Shown: in pieces, positions 12,601-26,270 of the stretch
Layout: the number at the start of each line of letters is the position of its first letter
Position numbering within the stretch: the stretch's first letter is position 1
Assembly (NCBI GenBank): GCA_021613535.1
Contig: CP075493.1
Coordinates: 11,904,001 to 11,968,000 of the forward strand
Source: Adineta vaga
Taxonomy: Eukaryota; Animalia; Rotifera
Length of the DNA stretch: 64,000 nucleotides
Reading direction: 5' to 3'
The notes under the pieces: model-generated
Databases searched by the model: none
What the model saw: only the letters and a program-made list of their open reading frames with translations
What the model was told of the DNA's origin: nothing
Position numbers and translations under genes: made by a program

Positions 12601-15600
12601 CCACATTGGAATGGTCCTATTTCGAAAACATCAACGCCGCAAATATTCAGTTTCGTAAAGCAATTCAAAAAAGTTATTATTGTATTTTTCACACAATTCT
12701 ACCCTGTTTATTAATATCGAAATCAACGTTTTCGATACGAAATCTCTTTAATTATATCAACTTCGACTATTCATCTGCTACTCTTCTCTCTTTACTGGAT
12801 TCTGAATCACTTTCAAAACTTCTCGCATTAACTGACGTTCCTTCACTTCGAACAAAGTTTCTCGCTTTTAATTGGTTTCAGTTACTTACTCTGAACTTAT
12901 GCCGAAATATTCAATTAGATCAAAGCAAAGGAAAATTGCATCCAATTTTGGAACAACAACGAGACTTTTTGTTTCAATCATTTATTCGAAATCAACTCGA
13001 ATTGATTCAAACAAGTAACATAGACAATCAAGCAGATTCAGCAGATAATTTTAGAGATTTTGCTCTTGGTTGGTTTTGTCATATTTTAACGCGAGATTCT
13101 TCAATAGAAGCAGAAAGCTCTTACAAATGTAGAACGAATCTTTGGATCAATCAATATTTACTTGTACTTCTTCGTTGCTTCCATTTCTATGGACATGTTC
13201 GATCTCTATGCGCAACTGTAACTTATATTGAAATTTTACTCAATATATATCATCAAAGTGAGTCTAAGGTCACACATTACTTTCGGTGAAAATCTTACGT
13301 CATCTCATTCCATATCTTTCAAATTATAATAAAGATCGATCAAAAGATCTAATGGAAGCATTTTTCCTAGAAATTCTGCATTCCATTGGACAGAACTTTT
13401 CACATCACAATTAGCAATGGAATTAGTTACCGAATTAGTTTATCTCTACCGTACTGTACTGTCCCGTAGGTCAGCGTGGCAATTGATGGCCACTAACTAT
13501 GTTCTCGATTCAATACGATCGAATCTAAACGCCAAATCGTTTGAATCAAATGAAACACTCGTTGGTTCATTATGCATCTTAGGTGGACACATAGATCACA
13601 TTGGTTTGAGTTCGATCGTTCGAATAATGGCCAAACGAGAAATAAATGAGGACTCTTGCTTAGCCATGGTTCTGGAAATAGAGTCGAACAATACGGATTC
13701 TTCATCCTGCTCAATCCAATACATCAATGATACTCAAATTCAATCGACAACGATCGATCGACTTCAAGTTGTCACTCAAGTTTCTCCACCTAAACTACTT
13801 TCACTACCAAACGTGAATACATCGATTGATTCCGCTCTCGATGCATTAGGATATTTTCTTCAATACAATGTCATTGAATCCGAATCATTATTACTTTTAC
13901 AATTGAAACGTCGTTCCATCTCCGTTCTTTATCATCTTTTGCAAGATTACGAGTTAGTGAAGATATTCATAGACAAACCCTATGCTTTACTCATTGCTCA
14001 ATTATGCATGAGCGAATCCTTAACGACACCGACCGATTTATGTTATTTCAATAAGAGATACATGGAGAAATATTCTCTTCAACTAGACATGTATCAACCA
14101 TCGAAATCAATGATCATCGAACAAGAAGATTCAACTAATCAATCAATTGTGACAGCTTTAACAACACCAGTCTCGAAATACAATGGATGGAAACCGTTTG
14201 CATCAAAAATAGAAATTCAAATGTGGAAACAAGGTCGTATTGGAAGCGATAAAATCAAATTGATTCCAATGCCACTTACTGCTGCCAAATCAGACGTCTT
14301 CGAGACATGCGGTCAGAATCATCAATTTAAAGGACGAATTGTTCCCAAACAAGAGAATATCGGTGGACGATTTCCAACTTTTATTGTAGAGAATCTTCAA
14401 GTGACTGAAGGAAAGTGGTATTTTTGTGTGAAAATACCTAGTGCTGGTCTTCTTCAAATTGGTTGGGCAACAAAAGGATTTACACCGAAATGTAATAATG
14501 GCGTTGGAGTCGGTGATGACGAATATTCCTGGTGTTATGATGGTTCACGAGGATTGTTTTTCAATAATGGAAAATTTCCAAGACAATTCAATGATATACG
14601 ATGGCGTCAAAATGATGTTTGTGGTTGTGGCATTGATATCGATGGTGACAATATAAACATCAAATATTGGTTGAATGGAAAATTGTTAGGGACAGCTTTT
14701 AAACATCAAGAGAAGATTCATCATTCAAATAAAATATGTAATCTACTTCCTCATGGACGAGCAACGGCTTTTTTTCCTGGTGTTACTTTACAATATCGAC
14801 CTTTATCAACGAACTATTGTGAAATGATTTTCAGTCCTGAAGATATGCAACAGTGTCCTTTGCCCATCGGTTACAAACCACTTCTATTACCGACATTAGT
14901 ACACACAGAAAATTCCCTTGTTGCTTATCCTACTCATGCTTATCTTGTTGGTGACAATGCAACAGAGTATCTATTCACATCACGAATGGTGCCATCGACA
15001 ACAATTTTACGTGATTTCGTCGATAAGGAACATCTTGTGACTAAGTTTCAGATCGACAATCATCGTCTTATTCTACCAGAGAACAGCGATGGTTTCCCAT
15101 TAACAACTGAAAAAGAAACATCTTCTTTTACTGTTGCGTATGATTTTCAACTTTCCCAAGCTACAAACGAAATGCAAACCATCACATTATTGATGACGAA
15201 CAAGTTTTCCATCCAAATTCCGTTCAAAAAACCGCACCAACTAACTCGAGTAGTCATGTTTGTCAACGTCAGCGAACAACAAATCATAGTTTATTGGGAT
15301 AATCAAAGTCAAACATTTCAAGCTTCATTTCCATGTGAAACAAAAGACCCATTAACCCTTTATCATCTACCGAAGATTGCCGCAGAAATGCAAAATATCG
15401 CTATTTGGAATTATTCTCTTTCAGAAGAGCATATTCATCGACTTTTTATCTATGGTCTGTTCTATGTCGCAATGGATTATCAACAATTGCAGGAACACCG
15501 AAAACATAATAATACATTTACCTTTACCGAAAAGCAATTTTCCGACAACTTTCTCATACCATTTGATCAACCTTTCGATGGAAACATTTGGCAAATGAAG

Positions 15601-18600
15601 AAAAAGCATGCAGATCAAGATGAAACGAAATACTTCTCAAACGAACATCCATCAACAGTCGAACTGACTGGAAATAAAACTTATCTCGTTCTCGAAAAAT
15701 CCATCGAACCATGGTCAGAATATACCATTATTTTGGATGTAGCCATTATCAATTGGCCAATCAATAGCGAACAATGGTCAATAATAAAATTGAATGATAA
15801 ATCACAAATATTCGTTACACACGAAGGTAAGCTTTGTTGCAAATGGGGAGAAAGCAAAGCGGAAAGTAATCTGGCATTAAATCTCAACGAATACTATCGT
15901 GTATGGATCGTCGTTAACGAAACTTCTTGTCAAATCTTTATTAATGGACAATTACAGATTAATGTGAAAACCAAAGACGCACGATTTATTGCTCAATCGA
16001 ACCGATTTTATTTATTCAAAGAAGATGTATCGGAAGAGATCATTAATGAAACTATTCTGAGAATTCGTTGTCAATCGATCACTCTACTCAATCGATCGGA
16101 AACATCTAATGAAGAAATGAAAAATCCAAACTGTTCACTTCATTCATTAGTGGCACCACCATTATCGATCATTACACCGAGTTTAATCGCCATTGGTTAC
16201 CAATTAGACTGGATTGAATATGTCATTGAGCAATATAAAACAACAGATATTCCAATGATTGATCGTATTCTACGCGATCAAAGAGAACAATTGGAAAAAT
16301 CTGCTCTCGAAAGTAAAGATAAACACGTTTTGAAGATTTTAGCCACGTTAAGTTCAACAATCGATTCACAGAAACTGAACGATTCTATTCTTACTGGGAA
16401 GTTTCCGATTTCCGATCATCTCGCTGATATTGCTCAATTCATTTTAACACATTGGAATGATTTACAACGAACACACTCCATTGATGATCAAAATGAATGG
16501 TTGCGTAACTTAACTGTCGAAAATGATCCTACTCAATGGATTAAAGATCAATCGACAACGATGAGAGAAACGAATGATGTGATTCAAAGGAGAAATCGTA
16601 ATCGTCCTAATGCTGAACAATCATCATCATCGTCGTCATCATCATCATCATCATCGTCAAGCAATGATGAACATTTAGATGACGATGAAGACGATTCTAC
16701 AAATCGTTCCGATGGAGTGGTTGTTTATAGATTACATGATGTGTTTCGGGGACAAAACGATGTAATAGTCTGCCCCGAAGATCAATTGAAAGTAACTGAA
16801 TACTTACAGCAAGAAATATCGAAAAAAGGATATAATAAATCTCGTATCAGTTGTGAAAAAAACTTAATATCCATCTATGCGTGTGATACATTTCTAAATA
16901 TGCTCAAAGTTTGGTCGAACAAAGCGACGACTCTGTTTCCAATAGACAAATTCGGTGATTGGACTTTTCTTGTTAGATTATATAGATCGATGCTCTACCA
17001 TTACACGTCCATGGAAGAAGATGTTAATTACATGAGTTTATTAGTTATTTCCTTGCTGAAAATAGAGATGAAACAAGTTCTTGAACAAAATTTAGAAAAA
17101 AAAGCACCCCTACTCCATGCCTTACAACAGGATATTTTTGGTGAAATCGTTCGATTTTTAATGGAATCATCTATATCAAATGAGAAGAATTTAAAATTTG
17201 TTTGCAAAGTGTTGGAGCTTCTTTTACAATTAATCAAAGGTAAATCGACGATGAAACAAAATCAAATCGATATGTTACTTCCATTTGTGTTTCCTGAACC
17301 AATGATTCATTTGATCTTCAAACTTTTTCTGTCGCTAAAAACGCATCAATCAAAAATTTTTATTCTGAACCTGTTTTCCGAGTAAGTTGATTAAACAAGG
17401 GAGAATGCGAAAAGATGTTGTTTGATTTCTTTTTTTCTCAGTCTAATTCAATGCAGTAATGTTTTCAAATTGAATACACAGATAAAGCATTTTCTCTTTA
17501 CATTACTTCGTGAACTCTCATCGAATGAACCTGGCGTCAAGTCGCTTCGATTGTCTGCTATGGACTTAGTATTTCTTCTCAGACAACAAGATGATGAATC
17601 TCCAAGTGTTCAATTGGCAGAAGATGTTTATGATCTTTTCACAACAGTCGATCTCATCAACGCATTGATTGATAAAACCAAACAAGCTGATGTACCAGAA
17701 CAATTCTTTACTAAATCTCAAACTCTACTAGGAGATGAAATGAAATTTAGCCGTAATGATTTTATCATATCCGATCGGCATTTCTATCGAATTGCCGATG
17801 TTCAATTACTCGATTTAATGAACAAAAGTCGAGAGCAAAAGAAAACGTTTGCTGAATTTATTTCTAGTTTACCGACTGAACCTGTCTCGAGTTCGACTTT
17901 TTATCAGAACTATCCGTCATTATTGAGTATTCCACCTGATTGTGTACTGATTCGAGCAAAAGTTTTATATCAATTACAACTTTGCATTACGAATGTTTTA
18001 TGGTTTGTCGATTGTAGCTTAATGCCAGGAGAAAGTTTTCTAACTGATCAAATTCGAAAAGCCAAGACGTATCTTCTCTTTTCCAAGAAACACCAACTTC
18101 TCGGTCAATCCATTGGAGCCACTGACACAGGATATAAGCATGGAAGTCTTCAAGTCAGTTTTGATATTCTTAAAGCTACTGCTTCCAATGAAAATACCAT
18201 GTTTCATCAAGCTTATCAACAACTATACGACAATGCACAACACAGTTTTAGACAAAGCGATAAACGGATCTGGAGAGCGCAATATTTGAATATGCATAGT
18301 ACAGATGAAGGTGGCCCTTATCGTGATTCTATTACGCAAATCTGTTCAGACATATGTAGTACACGATTACCTCTGTTTATTCTATGTCCAAATGGTCGAA
18401 CAAATAGTGGTTCGAATCAGGATTGTTGGATTCCAAATGTTTTCTCACCAAACAAACCCATTCCAGCAAAATTGAAAAACCAGTATCATTTTGTTGGACA
18501 ATTGATGGGATTGGCCATTCGAAAAAAACATTACTTGAATATCAAGTTTCCTCCACTGGTTTGGAAAGAATTACTCTATGATTCAATCACAATCGATGAT

Positions 18601-19450
18601 ATTCAAACAATTGACTTGCAAAGTTTTTCACTGATTCATGAAATTGAAAGGCAGATTGAACAAGCGAAATTAATCGACACGAATACTAGTGCCAATTATG
18701 TCTTCGATAGTATTTTGAGTGAACTACGTTTCGAAGTCGTTAGTTCAGGTCAACAAACCTTCGAACTAGTTCCAAATGGAAGTGAAATTCCGATTACTGC
18801 AGACAATTTTAAAGACTATTCTTTTCATTATGGTCAATATCGTCGCAATGAGTTCCATCGACAAATCGACTATATCCGTCAAGGACTTCATTCAGTAGTT
18901 CCTTCTTATTATTTGAATCTGTTTACTACTGGAGAACTAGAAGAAGCTGTTTGTGGAAAAGGTCATATCGATGTAGAACTGTTGAAACGTAATACAACTT
19001 ACAGATATAATTTTAATCAAACATCACCTGTTATTGAACGCTTTTGGAAAGTGATGGGTGAAATGTTTACTGAAGAACAAAAAAAAATGTTCTTAGTATT
19101 CGTTTGGGGACGAAGTACGTTACCAATTCGAGATGAAGATTTCACATCAAAATTCATAATTTCCAAATATAATTTACTTAGCGGAAATGTCGATCAAACA
19201 CTTCCACGTAAGTCAAACTTCACACAGTTTGAAAAGAGAAAGATATAAATGCTGCATTCTAGAATCTCACACCTGTAGTTTTACCATTGATCTACCTGCA
19301 TATTCGACAGTAGAAATTATGTACGAACGTTTGAGTTATGCTATTACTCATTGCTCAAGTATTGATGGTGATGGAAATCTGAATCTAATTACCACAAATG
19401 ATAGTGATGATTCAGATAACGATGAAGAACCAGACAGTGACTCATCGTAA
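9638..19450 (+). CDS. Giant HECT E3 ubiquitin ligase (~3,200 aa): helical N-terminus, SPRY/B30.2, LamG-like repeats, UBA-like segment, HERC-type HECT
   Basis: SPRY: GKWYFCVKI..LQIGWA..GVGDDEYSWCYDG..DVCGCGID. HECT: STDEGGPYRDSI..LPLFILCPNG..FVGQLMGLAIR..FLVFVWGRSTLP. Introns 17382-17441 and 19208-19262 give LPQSHTCSFTIDLPAY (catalytic Cys codon 19274). Three frameshifts at ~10077, ~13276 and ~13402. Confidence 0.88.
16621..16662 (+). repeat. (TCA/TCG)n coding microsatellite encoding a poly-Ser run in the HECT gene
   Basis: tcatcatcatcgtcgtcatcatcatcatcatcatcgtcaagc, followed by an Asp/Glu-rich stretch. Confidence 0.9.
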
Positions 19451-21226
19451 CATTTCTATATGTGATTAATTCTATACATTTTATGAAGTAAAAGCTATGA
19501 AATAACACAAAATACTGAAAACTTTGATCGTTTATAGCAATTCTTTCTTATAATTTCAAAATCATTAGATTAATTCGATATTTATTCAAGATTATTTTAG
19601 ATATATTTCTTATCAAAATACAAAACTATCTTATCAGTTTACTTTTCATGATATTATCGATACTTGAGATCTTTCCGATGATTATCAGCATATTGAACTT
19701 AATCACGTTCGTGAAACTTTCCATCAGAACGAGTTAAGCCAAATTTATGATAATAAATCAGATATTTAGGTGAAACAAAGATGTTCAGGGTGTATTTGTG
19801 AGTGATGATTGTATGTTGATAGCGATTGTTTTCTTTAACGAGAATATGATCTCTAATTTGTCAATTATATAGAGGTTCGAATGTGCATTTTGAAGTGTAG
19901 CTTCACTTGAGGGTGTGGGTCAAATGATACTTGAACATGGTATATTCGAATCTCTTTCCAATCTTCATTCACATTAGATATCGTGTTCTTGTTCATCAAC
20001 ATAAACGCTATGAACCAATCATTGATTTTCCTTATCTCAATCGACACGATATTGTTGATTTTCTCGCTATCAAAGTACAATTAGCACTCTCAAATACATT
20101 TTTGGCTATCTTTGTTTCACCTAATCATCTGATTTTTTATTATAAATCTGAGAAAGTAGATAAAATACGAGCAGAATAACCTTATAGACATTCTAATTTT
20201 TTTGTAGATTGAACATAATGGAACGATTATTATTTTTAGAAATATCAAGGAGATAGAAAACAATGTTTACAATATAGAATCATTAGAAAAAATATTCTTT
20301 TCACGCCATAATCCTACTCCATCTAACAGATGCTTTCCATTAATTTCATTGTAGTAAGTGTTGATGGATGTTCATGTAAATAAAGAAAGATTAACTCATC
20401 CTAAAAAAAAACTATTGTCCTTTGTTCACCACTTGATACATATAAAGTACTATATTTATGATGAAACAGTTCGAAGTCAAATATAGAGTTAATAAATATG
20501 ACAAATAATGAGAGAAAAAACTGCAACCTCATTTTGTTCGTGTACCATCTGTTTGTATATACCCAAACACGCATATTTTATCAGAGAACGCTTTTCTGAA
20601 TTATTTTCATTCCAGATGTTTCGAATCAATTCTATCGATATCTTAAACAGATTCTTTTGAAAAAGAAACTCATTATTCATTTTTTATCAAGATATGTATA
20701 TATTCACTGATCAGCTCATATTCAGAACATTTTGTTTCAGTACGACGAAGAAAAGAATACTGGAAATCATTATTTCATAATCATAACTTTTTTTGTATTG
20801 TGTTCTCCACGAATTTTACATTCGATCCTTAGTGTTTACCTTTCTAAATTGTCCTTTGTTTTGTATTCTTCTAGTCTTTCATGAGTCCCTACTCTTCTCG
20901 CATATCGTTCCCACCTTCCGTATATATACTTCTACCATTTAGTGAGAGGACAAAAAAATCTTTTTGTATACAGTGTTACAATATTTATTACATCAATAGA
21001 AATCACTTCATCATCTTCTTTTTCGTTAATTATGCACATTCCACATTTCAGTCCTACAGATGCTGTTCTGAAAGTCATTTTTCAACAGAGTAAACAACTA
21101 TCAATCTTGAGAATGTTAGTGCAGATAATTCGAATAATACACATGTACACTCATTCATACTCAAAATTTATCTAATCAAGGTTATTGTTTATAGATCTTT
21201 ATATGTAGATATACTTGTTAATTTCA

Positions 21227-22309
21227 ATGATTGTACCCACTCGTATATTGTGTGTATTTCAATCATTTATCATTATTTTCTATATTAGTTTATTGCATGT
21301 CAACAATAGGCAATATCTCACAAATACTATTTTGCCTGAATCGATGATGAAAACTGACACAAAAGTATCTAATTCTTCATCACTTTTTGTAGCTCTTAGT
21401 GTTAATAACTATGTTCGTTATGCTTATCTGTTACCATTTGTTATCGAAGGATGGTTACGATGTGGTATTCAACCGGTTCTTGTTTTAATCGAAAGTGAAG
21501 AAACTTGGATGGAAAATAATTGTACTTCAATGGTTATACGATACTTACATGAACGAAAAATCATTCTTCGACATTTAACTAATCGCTCTTTAATTGATAA
21601 ATATACGTCAAATATCTTATCTCGAACAAGTCGATTAGCAGTACCACACATATTAAATGAATTAGGAATGTCTCCAGATAGTATTGTCTGGACAGGTGAT
21701 GCTGATGTTATTCCATTAAAATGTGATTATTTTCAATCAATCCCTTTAACAATGAAACAAAGAAATGTTCAAGTTTATATGGATGGTCCTTGGGATATGT
21801 CGATTCCTCGTTATTTAATGTGTTATATTGCTGGTTATTTGTCAGTTTGGAAAAATCTAACTGAACAAGGATCATCGATTGAACAAGTGATGGAGAAAAC
21901 GCTTGCAATATCAAATGTTCAAATGGCGTACGGAGATCTGAATCGAACAAAACCGGAATACGATTTTGATGAATATTTTTTAGGTAGACGAATAAAGAAA
22001 TTATCATGCTTTCCGAATTGTACTACGCATGGTCAACCTCCTGTTCGAAATTGTGAGGAATTTAAACGCGGACCTGGCCGACCACCATTTAACTGGACTG
22101 AAGCATTGGGTGATCATCCTCATAAAACAATAGATTTTTTAAGCAAATTGATTGAAGCTCATTCTGGTGTACGAGAACATTCTTTTTCCATTGAAAGTTC
22201 ATGGCCAATTTTTCATCGATTAATTTTAATTTTTATGGAAAGAATCGTAACGGATCGTCTATCACATTTCTCTAATGAATATTTTCGGCTCGATTGTTCG
22301 AAGAATTAA
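21227..22309 (+). CDS. Intronless type II membrane protein, putative GT-A-fold glycosyltransferase-like
   Basis: N-terminal TM (ILCVFQSFIIIFYISLL), a stem, then YAYLLPF..W..GIQPVLVL, SRTSRL, a hydrophobic strand ending in DxD (IVWTGDADVIPL), RYLMCYI and a late DE motif. ATG at 21227. Confidence 0.55.
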   Translation: MIVPTRILCVFQSFIIIFYISLLHVNNRQYLTNTILPESMMKTDTKVSNSSSLFVALSVNNYVRYAYLLPFVIEGWLRCGIQPVLVLIESEETWMENNCTSMVIRYLHERKIILRHLTNRSLIDKYTSNILSRTSRLAVPHILNELGMSPDSIVWTGDADVIPLKCDYFQSIPLTMKQRNVQVYMDGPWDMSIPRYLMCYIAGYLSVWKNLTEQGSSIEQVMEKTLAISNVQMAYGDLNRTKPEYDFDEYFLGRRIKKLSCFPNCTTHGQPPVRNCEEFKRGPGRPPFNWTEALGDHPHKTIDFLSKLIEAHSGVREHSFSIESSWPIFHRLILIFMERIVTDRLSHFSNEYFRLDCSKN

Positions 22310-22689
22310 CAGTTTATTAATACTATGATTTTTAGAGAATATGTTAAATACGAAAGATATTTCTTGTTCTTTTCTCTCTCTCTCTCTCACTCTCTGATTG
22401 TCATTACTGATTCTATATATGTTCATTTTTTGTATTATTTGTTTAAAATATGTTGTTGATAATTCAAAATCGAAATATTCATAATCTTCATAAAGTATTT
22501 TGAAGATAATAAAAATCAGAATTGTATTATAATTATAGCAAGACAATATGACCAGTTGACTTATCTATTTCTGTAACATCTTGATTACTTGTTCACAGTG
22601 CAACACTTATATCACACAATATTGCAGCAAACATGAGTGTTGGAAAAGTCTTGGCAACATTCGAAAACTGCTCAAGATTTACAGGATAT

Positions 22690-23186
22690 TCTGTCGAAAA
22701 TACAAGTTATACATCATAGTGACACTTATTATTCTGTTCGTTATTTTCCGGTATTTATACTTAGTAGCACTCTATCCATGTGAACAAACCCTTTTTGATT
22801 TTACAGTATTTGTGGTTTTCCGTGTTATAAAGTTGTTGGTAGTACAACAGTTTTATATACGGATTGGGCTTTAGCAGATTTATTACCATTGTTTCTATCG
22901 ATTCTCTTTATTTTTATATTAATTTTATATGTACTCTATCAGAAACGTAAAATCAGCAGACATTTGATGCAAATGAAAACATGGAAACGTACGCGTAAAA
23001 CGTTTTTGCAACTTCCACTAATCACATTTATATTTTTAATATTTAATATGCCTCTAATTATTGTTGGACTACTTGCAATATCAGATCCATGATTTAATAC
23101 AATACCATATTTTTATGTTAATTCTTTATCATATTGTTTAGCAATCTTTATGCCACATTTGCTGTTCTATCCAAGCAGACTGTGAT
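22690..23186 (+). pseudogene. Degenerate class-A-like GPCR (TM4-TM7 fragment)
   Basis: Successive TM segments, an ECL2-like YPCEQ..FDFT..CGFPCY (frameshift ~22806) and a basic loop KRKISR..TWKRTRK. TM6 is FLIFNMPLIIVGLL. In-frame TGA at 23090 is followed by FNTIPYFYVNSLSYCL. Confidence 0.6.
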
Positions 23187-23444
23187 ACGAAAGAGAATTT
23201 ATAATATATTGAGACTACGGCAATGGAATCGAACTGCATCGATAGCGAACACTGCATTACCAATGCGAATAACGAACGCTCATGTAGCACGTTAGATTGC
23301 TGTATAGATATACTGTGATGAATGAGTGAATATATCAAATTAAAAATAACTCATTTTTCTTTCTATTCCATTTGATGAAATATGTAGAATGAAATATTGA
23401 GAAAGTTTGTATGGAGAAATGTGTTCAGCGACTGTCGCTTTACT

Positions 23445-23915
23445 TCAATGATTATCAATACACAAGAGACGAACATAAAAATCGTTATAGTAGCGAAAAA
23501 AGGTTGAGTGAAGGTGACAGTGTGAGTTCTGGATGTAACTTATATTCACATCAATTCTTAAGATAGAATACAAACGAGAATTCAGACAATTGAAACCTTG
23601 TAACTCGAACGTTTTTCTAGAAACAAATGCCAAAAAATTTACTCTACGAGAACAAAATTGGTAAAACAGTGCTTCTTACACTTCGTTGGAATACGTTCCC
23701 TCGCTGACTAGTTTTCTTAGAACACGGGCGATATCATTATTGAATAACTTCATTGTGTATTTCGTATCGGCAACACCCGAATCTTTCATCATTATCTGTA
23801 AATTTCTCGAGCCAATTCGAAGTTCTTTCTTTTGTTTAAGTTGAGCTTCCGTTTTACCAAATTTAGAATGCATAGTAAAAAGAGTGTTGAGACGACTATT
23901 TCTACCCGATGCCAT
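23445..23915 (-). pseudogene. TPPP/p25-alpha-like gene, apparently 3'-truncated
   Basis: LFTMHSKFGK..IGSRNLQIMMKDSGVADTKYT..NDIARV resembles p25-alpha F..F.KFG..SKN..K..KD.GV.D.K.T..D.DI. After a GT-AG intron comes KTFELQGF, then similarity is lost. Confidence 0.5.
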
Positions 23916-24546
23916 TTTACTCTGAAATTACTTTTAAGTATAATAAAACGCGTCAACATATGTAAGTTTATATAGCAAAAAGTTTCGACAGTTTCTCCTT
24001 CGTTTGGAAATTTCTCTGAATGAATCTCGATAAAGTTGTTATTGGAAGGAAAAAAATGCGTGCTTCTATGGGAATCCTACCGTCGTTACGATGGGTAATT
24101 TTCAATTCTGTCAAACTTATAGGATTTCTTGAGCTTTATTTTTCGATGTGCAGTTCGACTACAAACTAAATCTGGTCTATCTAGGATAATATCCAAAAGG
24201 GTATGAGTGGGCTACATTCATCTACATTCTCAATATGAGTGTTTTAAAGTCTTTTTTAATATTTAAACAAAACAAAATATTTTTATGACTTTGAGAATGT
24301 GCTTGTCACAAATAAAACATACAAAGAACATTGACAAATACACAACCTAAGATACTAATTAGATTACATATTTTCAATGACAAAACAAAATAATTCTCAA
24401 AATAGCTGTATAATGGATGAAACAGCAATATTTTACATTTATCTTTCTTATCTAAAAGCATGCAACTAGATATATAAACCATACAAAGAACATTATTCTT
24501 AACATTTATTTCACTCAGCGTGTTAACCACATACTCCATTGCATAC

Positions 24547-25032
24547 ATGACTCGTTTTGCAAACTTATTATTTGTTGCTTTAGCTGTACTATCATTCTAC
24601 AGTGTTTCTACAGACATTGTAACATATACTGTTACATTTGGACCATGTGTTCAAAATGTAACTTGTCCTCAAGGAAATCCAGCTAGATTCAATGGTACTT
24701 TTATTTTAAATGGTACCATCAGCCCAAAATTAGTTCTAAATGTGGGTGATCGATTAACATTTAATTTAGCTACAGATGTTCCCATTCACCCATTAACAAT
24801 CTGTCGAAATAGTCCCATACCCAAATTTTGCCAAGGATCGAATGGTACTGATGAACTTAATATTCCAATTACTCATGCAGGTGACACAACTTCAGTTACT
24901 TTCACTACGGCTGGTAGTTATTTTTATGGTTGCAATTTTCATACTGGAATGGGTTCTTTCATTAATGTCACAAATCCATCATCTTCGAAAAAACACCAAG
25001 GCATCCGACATAAATTATTTCCACTCGCCTAA
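24547..25032 (+). CDS. Secreted cupredoxin (type-1 blue copper protein), intronless, 161 aa
   Basis: Signal peptide; LVLNVGDRLTF strand; His ligand (IHPL); C-terminal FTTAGSYFYGCNFHTGM gives C-x2-H-x2-M ligands. Confidence 0.85.
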   Translation: MTRFANLLFVALAVLSFYSVSTDIVTYTVTFGPCVQNVTCPQGNPARFNGTFILNGTISPKLVLNVGDRLTFNLATDVPIHPLTICRNSPIPKFCQGSNGTDELNIPITHAGDTTSVTFTTAGSYFYGCNFHTGMGSFINVTNPSSSKKHQGIRHKLFPLA

Positions 25033-26270
25033 TTTATTTATTTTTTTATAAAGTTGACGCTTTTCTTCTTGAATAAGAATATCTTTGATCGGTATTCTAC
25101 AATAGTTACATTCGTTTTTCAATAAAGACCATTTTTAATCTATCATATCACCAGTATTATCAGATTTGTCGTTTTTTCTATGCTACAATGTTACTCAAGT
25201 ATCAATCAAAGAATTGTTCGACTAGTTTACGAATCTCACACTTATTTTGGCAAGACTTTTGACGATAATGAACAAATAAAAGTTTTTAAAATTCTGCTAA
25301 GTCATACTCTCACTTTATCGTTCGTAACTTGAATATAATGAGATTACATTTAGCATAAAAGATGCATATCATAAGTGAAGACAAGATAAAAAAATATACT
25401 ATACTGTTTTTTGCATATGTCATACTGAAAATGCATTAAATATGATCTATTTGCCTGTTTAGCTCTCTCTCATCTTATTGAAGATATGGATATAATTAAC
25501 ACATAATTAGGAGTGTATTTGTTCCGTTTAATTCTCACCAACATCGTCAGGTTATCATATCAAAAATATCATTCGATTGAGAATATTTTCGTGTCAAAAC
25601 ATCTTTTCTTACTGTACGGCAAAGGAAAGAAAGAATGATTGATTGTCAGAGTAAAAAATATGTATGCGTCCTATTTAATTAGATTATAAGAAATATAAAA
25701 CTTATGGGTATTTTCTCAGTTGAAAACTTTTCTTGTTCCACCAATATTTAATAATGAAATAGCAAATAATTCATCACATAATGACTATTAATTAGAATAA
25801 AAAGAACATATGAATCTATAATATAAAAGACACTCATATCAGATTACAGAGTTTGAGGTTACAACGAAAGTTATCAGCAGCTGCTATAGGACAAGCCACA
25901 CAAAAAATTATCGGCATTGGAACAGGTCATTAAAAATCTAAATGATATTAAACAATTACTGTCATAATTGAATCAACGTTATGGAGAGAGACGTAATTTT
26001 GTTCCAGAGATTTGTTGCGTTTTCCAATAACATAATATGTTATAGCGTCAACCATTTATTGCAACGGTCAGAATATAGACTTGTCTTTTTCGCCATTTTG
26101 ACGAGAAAATCTTTTCTTCACCTATACCTTCCTTTAAGATGATTTTGTCCTATTGATTGACAAAATATGCCATAGAATGAATGAAAAATAATGACTCAAG
26201 ACAAATATTTTGAAAGAAAGTGACTGCATACATCCATTTCATTTCATTTCATATTCAAGAGACGAAGCAC

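Noticed and set aside
8751-23092. TGA-as-Trp recoding (TGA at probable Trp positions 8751 and 23090)
   Set aside because: TGG is used normally throughout, TGA ends intact genes (P450, FKBP, LRR), and TGG>TGA is a simple transition in decaying genes.
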